From assembly GCA_001777995.1 (NCBI GenBank), contig MFFV01000027.1:26419-59935 (forward strand): 33,517 bases of DNA, read 5' to 3'. This document shows, in pieces, positions 1-7,771 of the stretch. Position numbers and translations under genes: made by a program. Source of the DNA: Candidatus Falkowbacteria bacterium RIFCSPLOWO2_02_FULL_45_15 (GTDB lineage Bacteria; Patescibacteriota; Patescibacteriia; Patescibacteriales; XYC2-FULL-47-12). Positions within the stretch are counted from its first letter, which is position 1. The number at the start of each line of letters is the position of its first letter. The notes beneath the pieces are model-generated. The model had not been told where the DNA came from. It did not search any database and worked only from the letters and a program-made list of their open reading frames with translations.

Positions 1-405
1 GGAGAAAAATATACCGGCGTCACCCTGCACTGGATGGATTCCGGGATGGATTCCGGGCCAATCATTATGCAAAAAAAAGTAAAAATAGCCGAAAGTGACA
101 CTGGCAAAACGCTGTACGAAAAAGTGCTTAACGAAACCGGAACGGAATTATTTAACGGCTTTTTAAATCTTTGGTTAAGCGGCCAAAAAATTCATAGCCG
201 CCGACAAGATGAAAAAAAAGCTACCTATTTTCCCAAAGGCCTGCCTAATAACGGACAAATTGACTGGTCTTGGAGCGGCCAAAAAATAAAAAATTTTATC
301 CGCGCCCTGACTTTTAAGCCCTTCCCCCCGGCGGCTTTTAATATCGGCGATGAAAAAATGGTTATTATAAATAAAAAATATTTTAAAGGTTTTGACCGCA
401 AATGA
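1..405 (+). CDS. Formyltransferase-family protein, 3' part only (gene starts upstream of the window); probable sugar N-formyltransferase, Fmt/ArnA-N-like
   Basis: Frame 1 is open from base 1 (GEKYTGVTLHWMDSGMDSGPII...) to TGA at 403-405. TLHWMDSGMDSGPII aligns without gaps to the catalytic-loop region of formyltransferases (E. coli Fmt TIMQMDVGLDTGDML). A short Fmt-C-like tail follows (IDWSWSGQKIKNFIRAL). It lies directly upstream of a sugar C-methyltransferase and a DegT aminotransferase. Confidence 0.7.
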   Translation, partial: GEKYTGVTLHWMDSGMDSGPIIMQKKVKIAESDTGKTLYEKVLNETGTELFNGFLNLWLSGQKIHSRRQDEKKATYFPKGLPNNGQIDWSWSGQKIKNFIRALTFKPFPPAAFNIGDEKMVIINKKYFKGFDRK

Positions 406-417
406 TTTTAGCGGCGC

Positions 418-1677
418 GTGATTATGCCCAATAAAATTCCTCTCGGCCATATTGACGAATGCCAAATCTGCTCTGACAAAAACTTAGAGACTATTTTGAC
501 TTTCGGCCACCAGCCGATTGTTCAAAATTACCTATCCGCCGAACAGCGACACGAGCCGGAAACAACTTATCCGCTTAATTTTTGTCTTTGCCCTATCTGC
601 GGGCTGGCGCAGCTTGATTATATTATTGATCCGCAACTCGTATTTCCGCCTCATTACCCTTACCGTACCGGTTTAACGGATATGTTAATCCGTAACTTCC
701 GCGCCCTAGCTGATAATTTAGAACAACGCTATCAACTAAAAAGCGCGGATCTTGTCGTTGATATCGGCTGCAACGACGGCACGCTGTTAGAAGGGTTTAA
801 AGCAAAGGGTTTGCGTGTTTTAGGCATTGAACCGACTAACGCCGCCGCAGTGGCGAATAAAAAAAACATCCCCACCATTCAAGCTTATTTTAATGAAGAT
901 GTCGCACGCCAAGCAGTATCGCAATACGGCAAAGCGAAAATAATCGTGATGACTAACTCTTTCGCCCATATCAACAATCTTTTTGCCATTATGCGCGGGA
1001 TAAAGTTGATGCTAGATGAAGACGGCGTTTTTATTTCCGAATCGCAATACTTATTGGATATGATGGCCACGCTTGAACTGGACACAATTTATCATGAACA
1101 TCTGCGGTTTTACTCGGTGCGGCCATTGCGAGAACTGTTTGCCCGCAGCGGTTTTAGTTTGGTAAACGCGGAAAGAATAGCGGCGGCCGGCGGTTCAATC
1201 CGCGCTTATGCCATGAAAGGGCAAAGAGCGGAAAGCCCGCGAATTGAAGAACTTATCGCCGCGGAAAAACAAGCCGGACTTTACGATATCGCTGCGATGC
1301 GGCAATTCGCCGCTCAAATGATTAAAGCCAAAAATGACCTGCAAATGCTCTTATTAAGCTGTAAAAATTCGGGAGCTCGTCTGGCAGGCATCGGTAGCCC
1401 GGGTCGATCCAACACCCTGCTAAATTTCGCTAAAATTGACCCTTACCTCTTAGATTATATCTGTGAAAAATCCCGCTCCCCTAAAATTGGTATGTTTACT
1501 CCCGGAATGCATATTCCAGTGGTTGATGAAAAAAAATTATTTTTGGAACAGCCGGAATATGCTTTAATATTGTCATGGCATATCGGTGAAGAAATGATGC
1601 AATTAATGAGAAAGTTAGGTTATAAAGGTAAGTTTATTATGCCCCTGCCTAAAGCCCGCGTGGTGGATAATATCTAA
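418..1677 (+). CDS. NDP-hexose C-methyltransferase family (TylCIII/EvaC-like: zinc ribbon + class I SAM MTase + C-methyltransferase C-terminal domain)
   Basis: N-terminal four-Cys zinc ribbon typical of this family (CQICSDKN...GHQP...YPLNFCLCPICGLAQL), SAM motif VVDIGCNDGTLL, and a long C-terminal domain; 419-aa ORF. GTG 418 is the ORF-track start; ATG at 424 (MPNKIP) is equally plausible. Confidence 0.8.
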   Translation: MIMPNKIPLGHIDECQICSDKNLETILTFGHQPIVQNYLSAEQRHEPETTYPLNFCLCPICGLAQLDYIIDPQLVFPPHYPYRTGLTDMLIRNFRALADNLEQRYQLKSADLVVDIGCNDGTLLEGFKAKGLRVLGIEPTNAAAVANKKNIPTIQAYFNEDVARQAVSQYGKAKIIVMTNSFAHINNLFAIMRGIKLMLDEDGVFISESQYLLDMMATLELDTIYHEHLRFYSVRPLRELFARSGFSLVNAERIAAAGGSIRAYAMKGQRAESPRIEELIAAEKQAGLYDIAAMRQFAAQMIKAKNDLQMLLLSCKNSGARLAGIGSPGRSNTLLNFAKIDPYLLDYICEKSRSPKIGMFTPGMHIPVVDEKKLFLEQPEYALILSWHIGEEMMQLMRKLGYKGKFIMPLPKARVVDNI

Positions 1678-1680
1678 TTT

Positions 1681-2793
1681 ATGCAGCGTAAAAAAATATC
1701 TAAAAAAATACCTTGGTGGCAAACTCAAGTCGGTACTGCAGAATACACTTTAATTAAAGAGGTTTTGGACAGCAATTACATCAACGAGGGCGAAGTGACA
1801 AAAAAATTTGAGAAAAAAATAGCTGCTTTAGTGGGCTGTAAACACGCTATTGCCGTAACTAGCGGCACGGCGGCTATTTTTTTATCCTTAAAAGCGCTAA
1901 ACATAAGGCCGGGTGATGAGGTTATTGTCCCGGATATGACTTTTATCGCTACGGCTAACGCGGCTGAATTATGCGGCGCCAAACCGGTGTTGGTTGATAT
2001 TAATCCAATTGATTTAAACATAGACATTAATTCGCTTGCCAAAGCAATAACTGACAAAACTAAAGCAATAATTCCGGTTCATGTTACAGGAAGAGCGGCA
2101 GATATGAAAACCATTAGAGAAATTGCTAATAAAAAAAATTTGGCGGTAGTTGAAGACGCAACCGAAGCTTTAATGTCAAAATACAAAGGAAAATATTTAG
2201 GCGCTTGGGGCGATGCGGGCTGTTTTTCATTTTCGCCTAATAAAACTATCACAACCGGACAAGGCGGAATTATTGTTACTAATAGTGATGAACTGGAAAT
2301 AAAATTACGCGCTTTAAAAGACCAAGGCCGACCGACCAGAGGTACGGGCGGTAATGATATCCATAACACTATCGGTTACAATTTTAAAATGACTAACATT
2401 CAAGCTGCGCTGGGGTTGGGACAGCTACGCTATTTAACCGCCCGAGTAAAGCGCATGAGAAGAAATTATAAGTTATATACTGCTCAATTAAAAAATATTC
2501 CGGGCTTATCAATCTTTCCTTGCGATTTAGCCGGCGGAGCAGTGCCGCAATGGACCGATATTGCTACCGATGAGCGGGATGCGTTAGAACAATATTTACG
2601 CGCGCGCAATATAGACAGCCGCAAGTACTGGTTCCCTCTGCATACGCAACCACCATATTTCCTGCCGTCAGGCCAATTCCCCAATAGCGAAAAAATGTCA
2701 CTTCGTTCGCTTTGGCTGCCTTCCGCCTTTACCCTTACCGATGAGGATGTGGCAGCGGTTTGCCGAGAAATAAAAAATTATTTTGGCCGCTAG
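1681..2793 (+). CDS. DegT/DnrJ/EryC1/StrS-family PLP-dependent nucleotide-sugar aminotransferase
   Basis: 370-aa ORF with family signatures AVTSGTAAIFLSLKAL, GDEVIVPDMTFIATANA and VVEDATEAL. The PLP-lysine motif CFSFSPNKTITTGQGG retains Lys, so it is a transaminase rather than a ColD/E1-type dehydratase. Only a 3-bp gap from the upstream gene. Confidence 0.9.
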   Translation: MQRKKISKKIPWWQTQVGTAEYTLIKEVLDSNYINEGEVTKKFEKKIAALVGCKHAIAVTSGTAAIFLSLKALNIRPGDEVIVPDMTFIATANAAELCGAKPVLVDINPIDLNIDINSLAKAITDKTKAIIPVHVTGRAADMKTIREIANKKNLAVVEDATEALMSKYKGKYLGAWGDAGCFSFSPNKTITTGQGGIIVTNSDELEIKLRALKDQGRPTRGTGGNDIHNTIGYNFKMTNIQAALGLGQLRYLTARVKRMRRNYKLYTAQLKNIPGLSIFPCDLAGGAVPQWTDIATDERDALEQYLRARNIDSRKYWFPLHTQPPYFLPSGQFPNSEKMSLRSLWLPSAFTLTDEDVAAVCREIKNYFGR

Positions 2794-2930
2794 TTTAGGG
2801 CAAAATTAAGCGGCTTGGCAATGCTTGAACTTTTTCGCCGTTATATTATGGTGTTTTGTAGACGAAGCCTTTTTATAAATTTAGGACGCCAAACGCGTAA
2901 GTCCTAAAATTAATAACTACCTTATTTTAT
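2794..2930 (+). promoter_or_regulatory. Largest plus-strand intergenic gap; possible internal promoter and/or weak terminator hairpin
   Basis: 137-bp AT-rich gap. TTGAAC (2825-2830) and TATGGT (2847-2852) are 16 bp apart; better -10-like hexamers (TATATT 2842-2847, TATTAT 2844-2849) have poor spacing. There is an 8-bp inverted repeat TTTAGGAC (2880-2887) / GTCCTAAA (2901-2908) with a 13-nt loop and no following T-run. None of these is a strong consensus match. Confidence 0.2.
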
Positions 2931-4796
2931 ATGAAAGCTGTTATCCTGGCCGGCGGTTTTGGCACCCGATTAGGAGAGGAAACTAATCTGAAGCCAAAAC
3001 CCATGATTGAGATCGGTGGCAAACCACTGCTCTGGCATATTATGAAAATTTATTCTTATTATAACATCAATGAATTCATAATATGCTGCGGTTACAAAGG
3101 GTACTATATTAAAGAATACTTCTCAAATTATCATCTCCACACTTCAGATGTGACTTTTAATTTAAAAAAAAATGTCATGGAAATGCACCGCAATGATGCC
3201 GAGCCCTGGCAGGTAACTTTGGTAGATACCGGTCTCGAGACAAGAACCGGCGGCCGAATAAAAAGAATTCAACAATATGTCAAAGATGAAACATTCTGTT
3301 TAACCTACGGCGACGGAGTCTCCGACATTAACATTGCTGACCTGATTAATTTTCACCGTCATAAAAATCTCTCCGCTACCGTAACCGCCGTGCGAACGCC
3401 CGGGCGTTTTGGATCCCTAAATATTGATGCTGACAAAGTGATTAATTTTACAGAAAAACCAGCTGAACCAAGCAACAGAATAAATGGTGGTTTTTTTGTG
3501 CTTGAGCCAACCATTTTTGATTTTATAGAAGGCGATGAGACTGATTGGGAGAGACAGCCGCTGGAAAACTTGGCCAAAAAAGGCGAGTTAGGCGCCTACT
3601 TACATGACGGTTTTTGGCAACCAGTGGACACTCTGCGGGAAAAAAATTATCTTGAGGAGCTCTATAACGCCAAACAAACGCCCTGGCTAAAAAATACCCC
3701 GACTAAATTGACGCCTAACGCTGACTTTTGGAAAAATAAAAAAGTATTTATCACCGGACATACCGGGTTTAAAGGGTCATGGCTGTCTCTTTGGCTGCAG
3801 CAACTGCAGGCGCAGGTTATCGGTTATTCACTGCCGGCGCCTACCGAACCAAATTTATTTACTGTTGCCGATGTAGGAAAGAACATGACTTCTGTCATAG
3901 GTGACGTCCGCAATTATAACGCTTTGGCATCAGCTCTCAATCAATTCAGCCCGGAAATAGTCATTCATCTGGCCGCCCAGTCACTAGTGAAACGTTCCTA
4001 TGCCAACCCCGATGAAACATACTCAACTAACATAATGGGCACGTTCAATCTCCTGGAAGCCGTTCGTCATACGTCGTCCGTCAAAGCGGTAGTTGTAGTT
4101 ACGTCCGATAAATGTTACCAAAATTCAAACCAACCATCGGGGCGCACTGAAACTGACGCTTTAGGCGGTTTTGATCCGTACAGCAGCAGTAAAGCCTGCG
4201 CCGAATTAGTGGTGTCTGCGTTTAGAAATTCTTTTTTTAACTCTGACGACTTTGAAAAACACGGCGTGGCCGTGGCTTCAGCCCGAGCGGGAAATGTTAT
4301 TGGCGGCGGCGACTGGGCGGCGGACAGAATTATTCCGGATTGCATAAAATCTTTAGTAAAAAATGAGGCTCCCTTTCTACGCTATCCCAACGCTATTCGC
4401 CCCTGGCAACATGTGCTGGAGCCGCTTAGCGGCTACTTAACCCTAAGTGAAAAACTGTACGAAGCGGGTCCTGAATTTGCGGAAGCGTGGAATTTTGGAC
4501 CGCAAGAATCCGATGAAAAACCGGTGAAATGGATTGCCGAACAAATGGCGTTAAGCTGGGGCGCTACTGCCGGCTGGACAACGGATGATCAGCCCCATCC
4601 CTACGAAACAGCCTACCTAAAATTAGACTGCGCCAAAGCGCGTAGCCGTTTACTCTGGCATCCGGTCTGGGATATACAAAAAGCCCTGGCCCAAACTGTT
4701 GATTGGTATAAAACATATTTTAATGACGCCGGTCAGATACGAGAAAAAACTATTGAGCAAATAACTGAGTACGCTCGTGCCGCAGCCAAAAATTAA
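2931..4796 (+). CDS. rfbF-rfbG: Bifunctional fusion: glucose-1-phosphate cytidylyltransferase (RfbF-type, N-terminal) + CDP-glucose 4,6-dehydratase (RfbG-type, C-terminal)
   Basis: Single uninterrupted 621-aa ORF. Residues about 1-255 are RfbF-like (MKAVILAGGFGTRLGEET..KPKPMIEIGGKPLLWHIMK, CCGYKGYYIKEYF, LTYGDGVSD, INGGFFVLEP). Residues about 265-621 are RfbG-like extended SDR (FWKNKKVFITGHTGFKGSWLSLWL, VVVTSDKCY, YSSSKACAEL, GNVIGGGDW, IRPWQHVLEPLSGYL). Linker NTPTKLTPNADF lies at about nt 3690-3730. Confidence 0.9.
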   Translation: MKAVILAGGFGTRLGEETNLKPKPMIEIGGKPLLWHIMKIYSYYNINEFIICCGYKGYYIKEYFSNYHLHTSDVTFNLKKNVMEMHRNDAEPWQVTLVDTGLETRTGGRIKRIQQYVKDETFCLTYGDGVSDINIADLINFHRHKNLSATVTAVRTPGRFGSLNIDADKVINFTEKPAEPSNRINGGFFVLEPTIFDFIEGDETDWERQPLENLAKKGELGAYLHDGFWQPVDTLREKNYLEELYNAKQTPWLKNTPTKLTPNADFWKNKKVFITGHTGFKGSWLSLWLQQLQAQVIGYSLPAPTEPNLFTVADVGKNMTSVIGDVRNYNALASALNQFSPEIVIHLAAQSLVKRSYANPDETYSTNIMGTFNLLEAVRHTSSVKAVVVVTSDKCYQNSNQPSGRTETDALGGFDPYSSSKACAELVVSAFRNSFFNSDDFEKHGVAVASARAGNVIGGGDWAADRIIPDCIKSLVKNEAPFLRYPNAIRPWQHVLEPLSGYLTLSEKLYEAGPEFAEAWNFGPQESDEKPVKWIAEQMALSWGATAGWTTDDQPHPYETAYLKLDCAKARSRLLWHPVWDIQKALAQTVDWYKTYFNDAGQIREKTIEQITEYARAAAKN

Positions 4797-4825
4797 AGGG
4801 TGCGGGCGGCATAAAAACAATCATT

Positions 4826-5725
4826 ATGCGAGTAGTTATCACCGGAGCACAAGGGTTTATCGGCACTAATTTGGTCACTCGGCTGGCAAAAAAAAATTTT
4901 GACATTATCGCCGTGGACAAAAATCAGCCTCCAGACAAACCTCTAGGGGGCGTTATGTATCATCAAACCGACCTCTCTCATCCGGCCGATCTCATGCCTG
5001 ATCATGAAGAAGGGCGACAGTTTATACTTATTCATTTGGCGTGGAACACGCAAAGAAATGCTTTGTTCCAGCCCCAGTCAGAGCAGATTAGCTATCTAGC
5101 CGGAATATTAGATTATTGGAAAGATAAAGGGCTTACTTACTTAATAGTCACCGGATCGGCTGAAGAATATGGCCAACGGGCAGGTACTTTAAAAGAAGAT
5201 GATGGGCCGAGCGGGGAGCTTTCTCCTTACGGCTGGAGCAAACATGCCGCATATCTTCTCACTAAAACATGGGCGCAACAAAATAATATCCCCGTTACCT
5301 GGTTTCGCCCGTTTACTGTTTATGGCGCCGCCGGTCAAACCGGCCAGATGCTTATCCCCTACGCGCTTAACAAAGCGCTCGCCAAAGAACCGGCGCAATT
5401 TACTGACGGGCGGCAAAAACGTGATTTTATACATATAGATGATGTTATATCCGCGATCATACTTGCTCTGCATAAAAGTCCGAAGAAATTTAATACTATT
5501 AATCTTGGCAGCGGGCAACCAACCCAAGTGAAAGACATTATAGAATCTATCGCCGTACATTTTCAAGTTCAATCTTTATTTGAACTGGGGGCTATCGCCC
5601 AAAAACCAAATGCCCCACCTATACAAATAGCTGATATTAATAAAGCTATTCAGATACTCAATTGGCAACCAACTATCTCTATCAAAAAGGGGCTATCCTT
5701 GCTGTATAAAGAATATATTAAGTAG
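4826..5725 (+). CDS. NAD(P)-dependent extended-SDR nucleotide-sugar reductase/epimerase (size and motifs like CDP-abequose/paratose synthase or 4-ketoreductase)
   Basis: 299-aa ORF with Rossmann motif VVITGAQGFIGTNL, catalytic YxxxK (SPYGWSKHAAYLL) and RDFIHIDDV. It immediately follows the CDP-glucose dehydratase fusion. Substrate and stereochemistry cannot be read from sequence. Confidence 0.8.
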   Translation: MRVVITGAQGFIGTNLVTRLAKKNFDIIAVDKNQPPDKPLGGVMYHQTDLSHPADLMPDHEEGRQFILIHLAWNTQRNALFQPQSEQISYLAGILDYWKDKGLTYLIVTGSAEEYGQRAGTLKEDDGPSGELSPYGWSKHAAYLLTKTWAQQNNIPVTWFRPFTVYGAAGQTGQMLIPYALNKALAKEPAQFTDGRQKRDFIHIDDVISAIILALHKSPKKFNTINLGSGQPTQVKDIIESIAVHFQVQSLFELGAIAQKPNAPPIQIADINKAIQILNWQPTISIKKGLSLLYKEYIK

Positions 5726-5731
5726 CTTAAA

Positions 5732-7021
5732 ATGGAAAACGTTATTATTTTAGGAGCAGGTCTTTCCGGATTGGGCTGTGCCGGCTCCCTGCCGCAAGCG
5801 CGCATCTTTGAAGCCTTACCGCACCCCGGCGGGCACGCTTATTCACACCCGGTTGGAGGCGTTTTTTTTGACGAAGGCGCTCATATTTCACATTCCAAAG
5901 ATAAAGACTTTGTTGATTTAATTTGCAATCGAGCAAAAAAGGTAGAGGAAATCAGGTCAAGCCGGGTTGCTAATTATCGGGACACAAGATGGATGACGTA
6001 TCCAATACAAAATAATATAAACGAGCTTCCTCTTAAGGACAGAATATTCGCTTTAACAAGTTTCTTGGCAGCTCGCATAAAAAATAAAAAAGAAATTAAT
6101 AACTATTCAGACTGGTGCCAAAATCAATATGGCAATTATTTAACTAAAAATTTTTATACTAAATTTACTAAAAAATACTGGCGCGTTGAAATGGAGCAAC
6201 TAGCCACCGATTGGCTGTCCGGACGGCTAATCCCATCACAGATCTCTAATATTATACTAGGCGCCTTTAAATCAAGGCCGGAAAAACAAGCTGTCTTCAC
6301 GACCTTCCGTTATCCTGCCCAGGGTGGGTTTTTTAATTTTTTTAAATTACTCTATGACACGCACCTCGTCCAATACAACCAACGCGCTAGAGAAATTGAT
6401 TTGGAAAAAAAGTGTGTCAACTTTGAATCCGGCCGGAGCGAATCTTTTGAAGTTATCGCCAGCTCCATCCCGCTACCGAAGCTTGTCGCAATGATTAAAC
6501 AAACCCCTTCGCAAGTACGCGAAGCGGCTAAACTACTGCGCCACACCCAGCTTTTATGTGTAAACATACTAATCAATAAGCCCAAAGTAACTCCCTACCA
6601 TTGGTTTTACATTTATGATCAAGCTATCCGCGCAGCCCGGGTATCTGTTCCCAGCAATCTTGCTCCCCATTCAGTGCCGCCAAACATAACCGCTATCCAA
6701 GCTGAGATCTTTTACAGGTATAATGAGATAATAGATAGCGAGGCCGTGTGCAATCAAACCGTAAAAGATATGGCAAAAATATTAAAATTTGACAGTAAAG
6801 CTGATGTTATATCTGCCACTTCAGTTCATGTTCCCTATGCGTACGTAATTTCCGACCACAACCGAAAAAAGGCGGTGGAACATATTACTGCTTGGTTAAA
6901 AAATAACAATATCTATACAATGGGATTGTATGGTAATTGGAAATATATGTGGTCCGACGCTGCCTTCCGTTCTGGTGAACAAACGGCCGACATGATAAAA
7001 AATTACTTAAAAAAATCTTGA
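5732..7021 (+). CDS. FAD-dependent flavoprotein, UDP-galactopyranose-mutase / amine-oxidase-like
   Basis: 429-aa ORF with N-terminal dinucleotide fold VIILGAGLSGLGCA. HPGGHAYSH..GGVFFDEGAHISHSK resembles the UGM pattern (R.HIGGN.Y....G...H.YGPHIFHT). The C-terminal MGLYGNWKYMWSDAAFRSG resembles the UGM GR.G.Y.Y.NMD motif. Assignment rests on motif resemblance only. Confidence 0.55.
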   Translation: MENVIILGAGLSGLGCAGSLPQARIFEALPHPGGHAYSHPVGGVFFDEGAHISHSKDKDFVDLICNRAKKVEEIRSSRVANYRDTRWMTYPIQNNINELPLKDRIFALTSFLAARIKNKKEINNYSDWCQNQYGNYLTKNFYTKFTKKYWRVEMEQLATDWLSGRLIPSQISNIILGAFKSRPEKQAVFTTFRYPAQGGFFNFFKLLYDTHLVQYNQRAREIDLEKKCVNFESGRSESFEVIASSIPLPKLVAMIKQTPSQVREAAKLLRHTQLLCVNILINKPKVTPYHWFYIYDQAIRAARVSVPSNLAPHSVPPNITAIQAEIFYRYNEIIDSEAVCNQTVKDMAKILKFDSKADVISATSVHVPYAYVISDHNRKKAVEHITAWLKNNNIYTMGLYGNWKYMWSDAAFRSGEQTADMIKNYLKKS

Positions 7022-7023
7022 TT

Positions 7024-7752
7024 ATGGAAACCGAACAAATGCCTCCTGAAATAAGTCTTGTCCTGCCGGCGTATAATGAAGGAGAAAATATCGCCATTGT
7101 ATTAAAAAATTCGGCTCGTTATTTGAATGCAACGAATCGCCCGTGGGAAATAATAGTCATTGACAATTGTTCCAACGACAACACTGTGTCGGTAGTACGC
7201 GCCTTCATTGCCAAAGAAGCAAGAATAAGAATAATCCAACACACCAGTAATTTTCTGTATTCCGGCTCCTGCAGAACAGGCATCCAGAATGCTAAAGGTA
7301 AATACGTAGCCATTATGGATTCAGATGGCCAAGCTACAGCTGAAGATCTGCCCCAATTTATTGATAAGCTCGAAAAAGAAGGAATGAACCTTGTCTTTGG
7401 GTGGCGCTACGCGCGCCACGATTCCAAAATTAGGCTGTTCATATCTTTCGTATTTAATATGCTGGGCAAACTATGGATCCGATTCCCATTCCATGACCTC
7501 AACGCTGGTTTTCGCATGTTTGACAGGAAATTTATGGCTGTCGCTACCATTAACTACCGGATAAACATGGTCAACCCGGAGCTGTATGCCCGCGCCAAGA
7601 AGGCTCATCTTAAGATAACCGAGATAAAAGTACAACATTTTGAAAGAAATAATGGCAAAACCAGCCACAATTTCATTAAAATATGGAACATTTTTATAGA
7701 AATAAATAAATATCTCTTTAATCTGCATAAAGAACTTAAAAAGCCAGATTAA
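7024..7752 (+). CDS. GT2 glycosyltransferase, Dpm1-like (polyprenyl-phosphate sugar synthase type, no C-terminal membrane anchor)
   Basis: ISLVLPAYNEGENI, VIDNCSNDNT and MDSDGQATAEDL (DxD) are GT2 / dolichyl-phosphate-mannose-synthase-like motifs. The ORF track starts at TTG 7018, overlapping the upstream TGA; ATG 7024 (METEQM) is preferred here. Confidence 0.85.
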   Translation: METEQMPPEISLVLPAYNEGENIAIVLKNSARYLNATNRPWEIIVIDNCSNDNTVSVVRAFIAKEARIRIIQHTSNFLYSGSCRTGIQNAKGKYVAIMDSDGQATAEDLPQFIDKLEKEGMNLVFGWRYARHDSKIRLFISFVFNMLGKLWIRFPFHDLNAGFRMFDRKFMAVATINYRINMVNPELYARAKKAHLKITEIKVQHFERNNGKTSHNFIKIWNIFIEINKYLFNLHKELKKPD

Positions 7753-7771
7753 TACACTATTTTTAAGCAAC

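Noticed and set aside
34-57. Exact 12-bp tandem duplication ATGGATTCCGGG ATGGATTCCGGG (MDSG MDSG) in the formyltransferase fragment, at first sight a recent in-frame insertion
   Set aside because: The resulting peptide TLHWMDSGMDSGPII aligns gap-free with the native formyltransferase loop (Fmt TIMQMDVGLDTGDML, pattern M-D-x-G-x-D-x-G). The repeat is therefore the normal motif length, not an insertion. The nucleotide identity may be coincidence or local conversion.
5189-5572. 127-aa minus-strand ORF and 79-aa plus-strand ORF (5199-5438)
   Set aside because: Both lie inside the SDR gene 4826-5725, whose frame carries GxxGxxG and YxxxK motifs. They have low-complexity basic products and are shadow ORFs.
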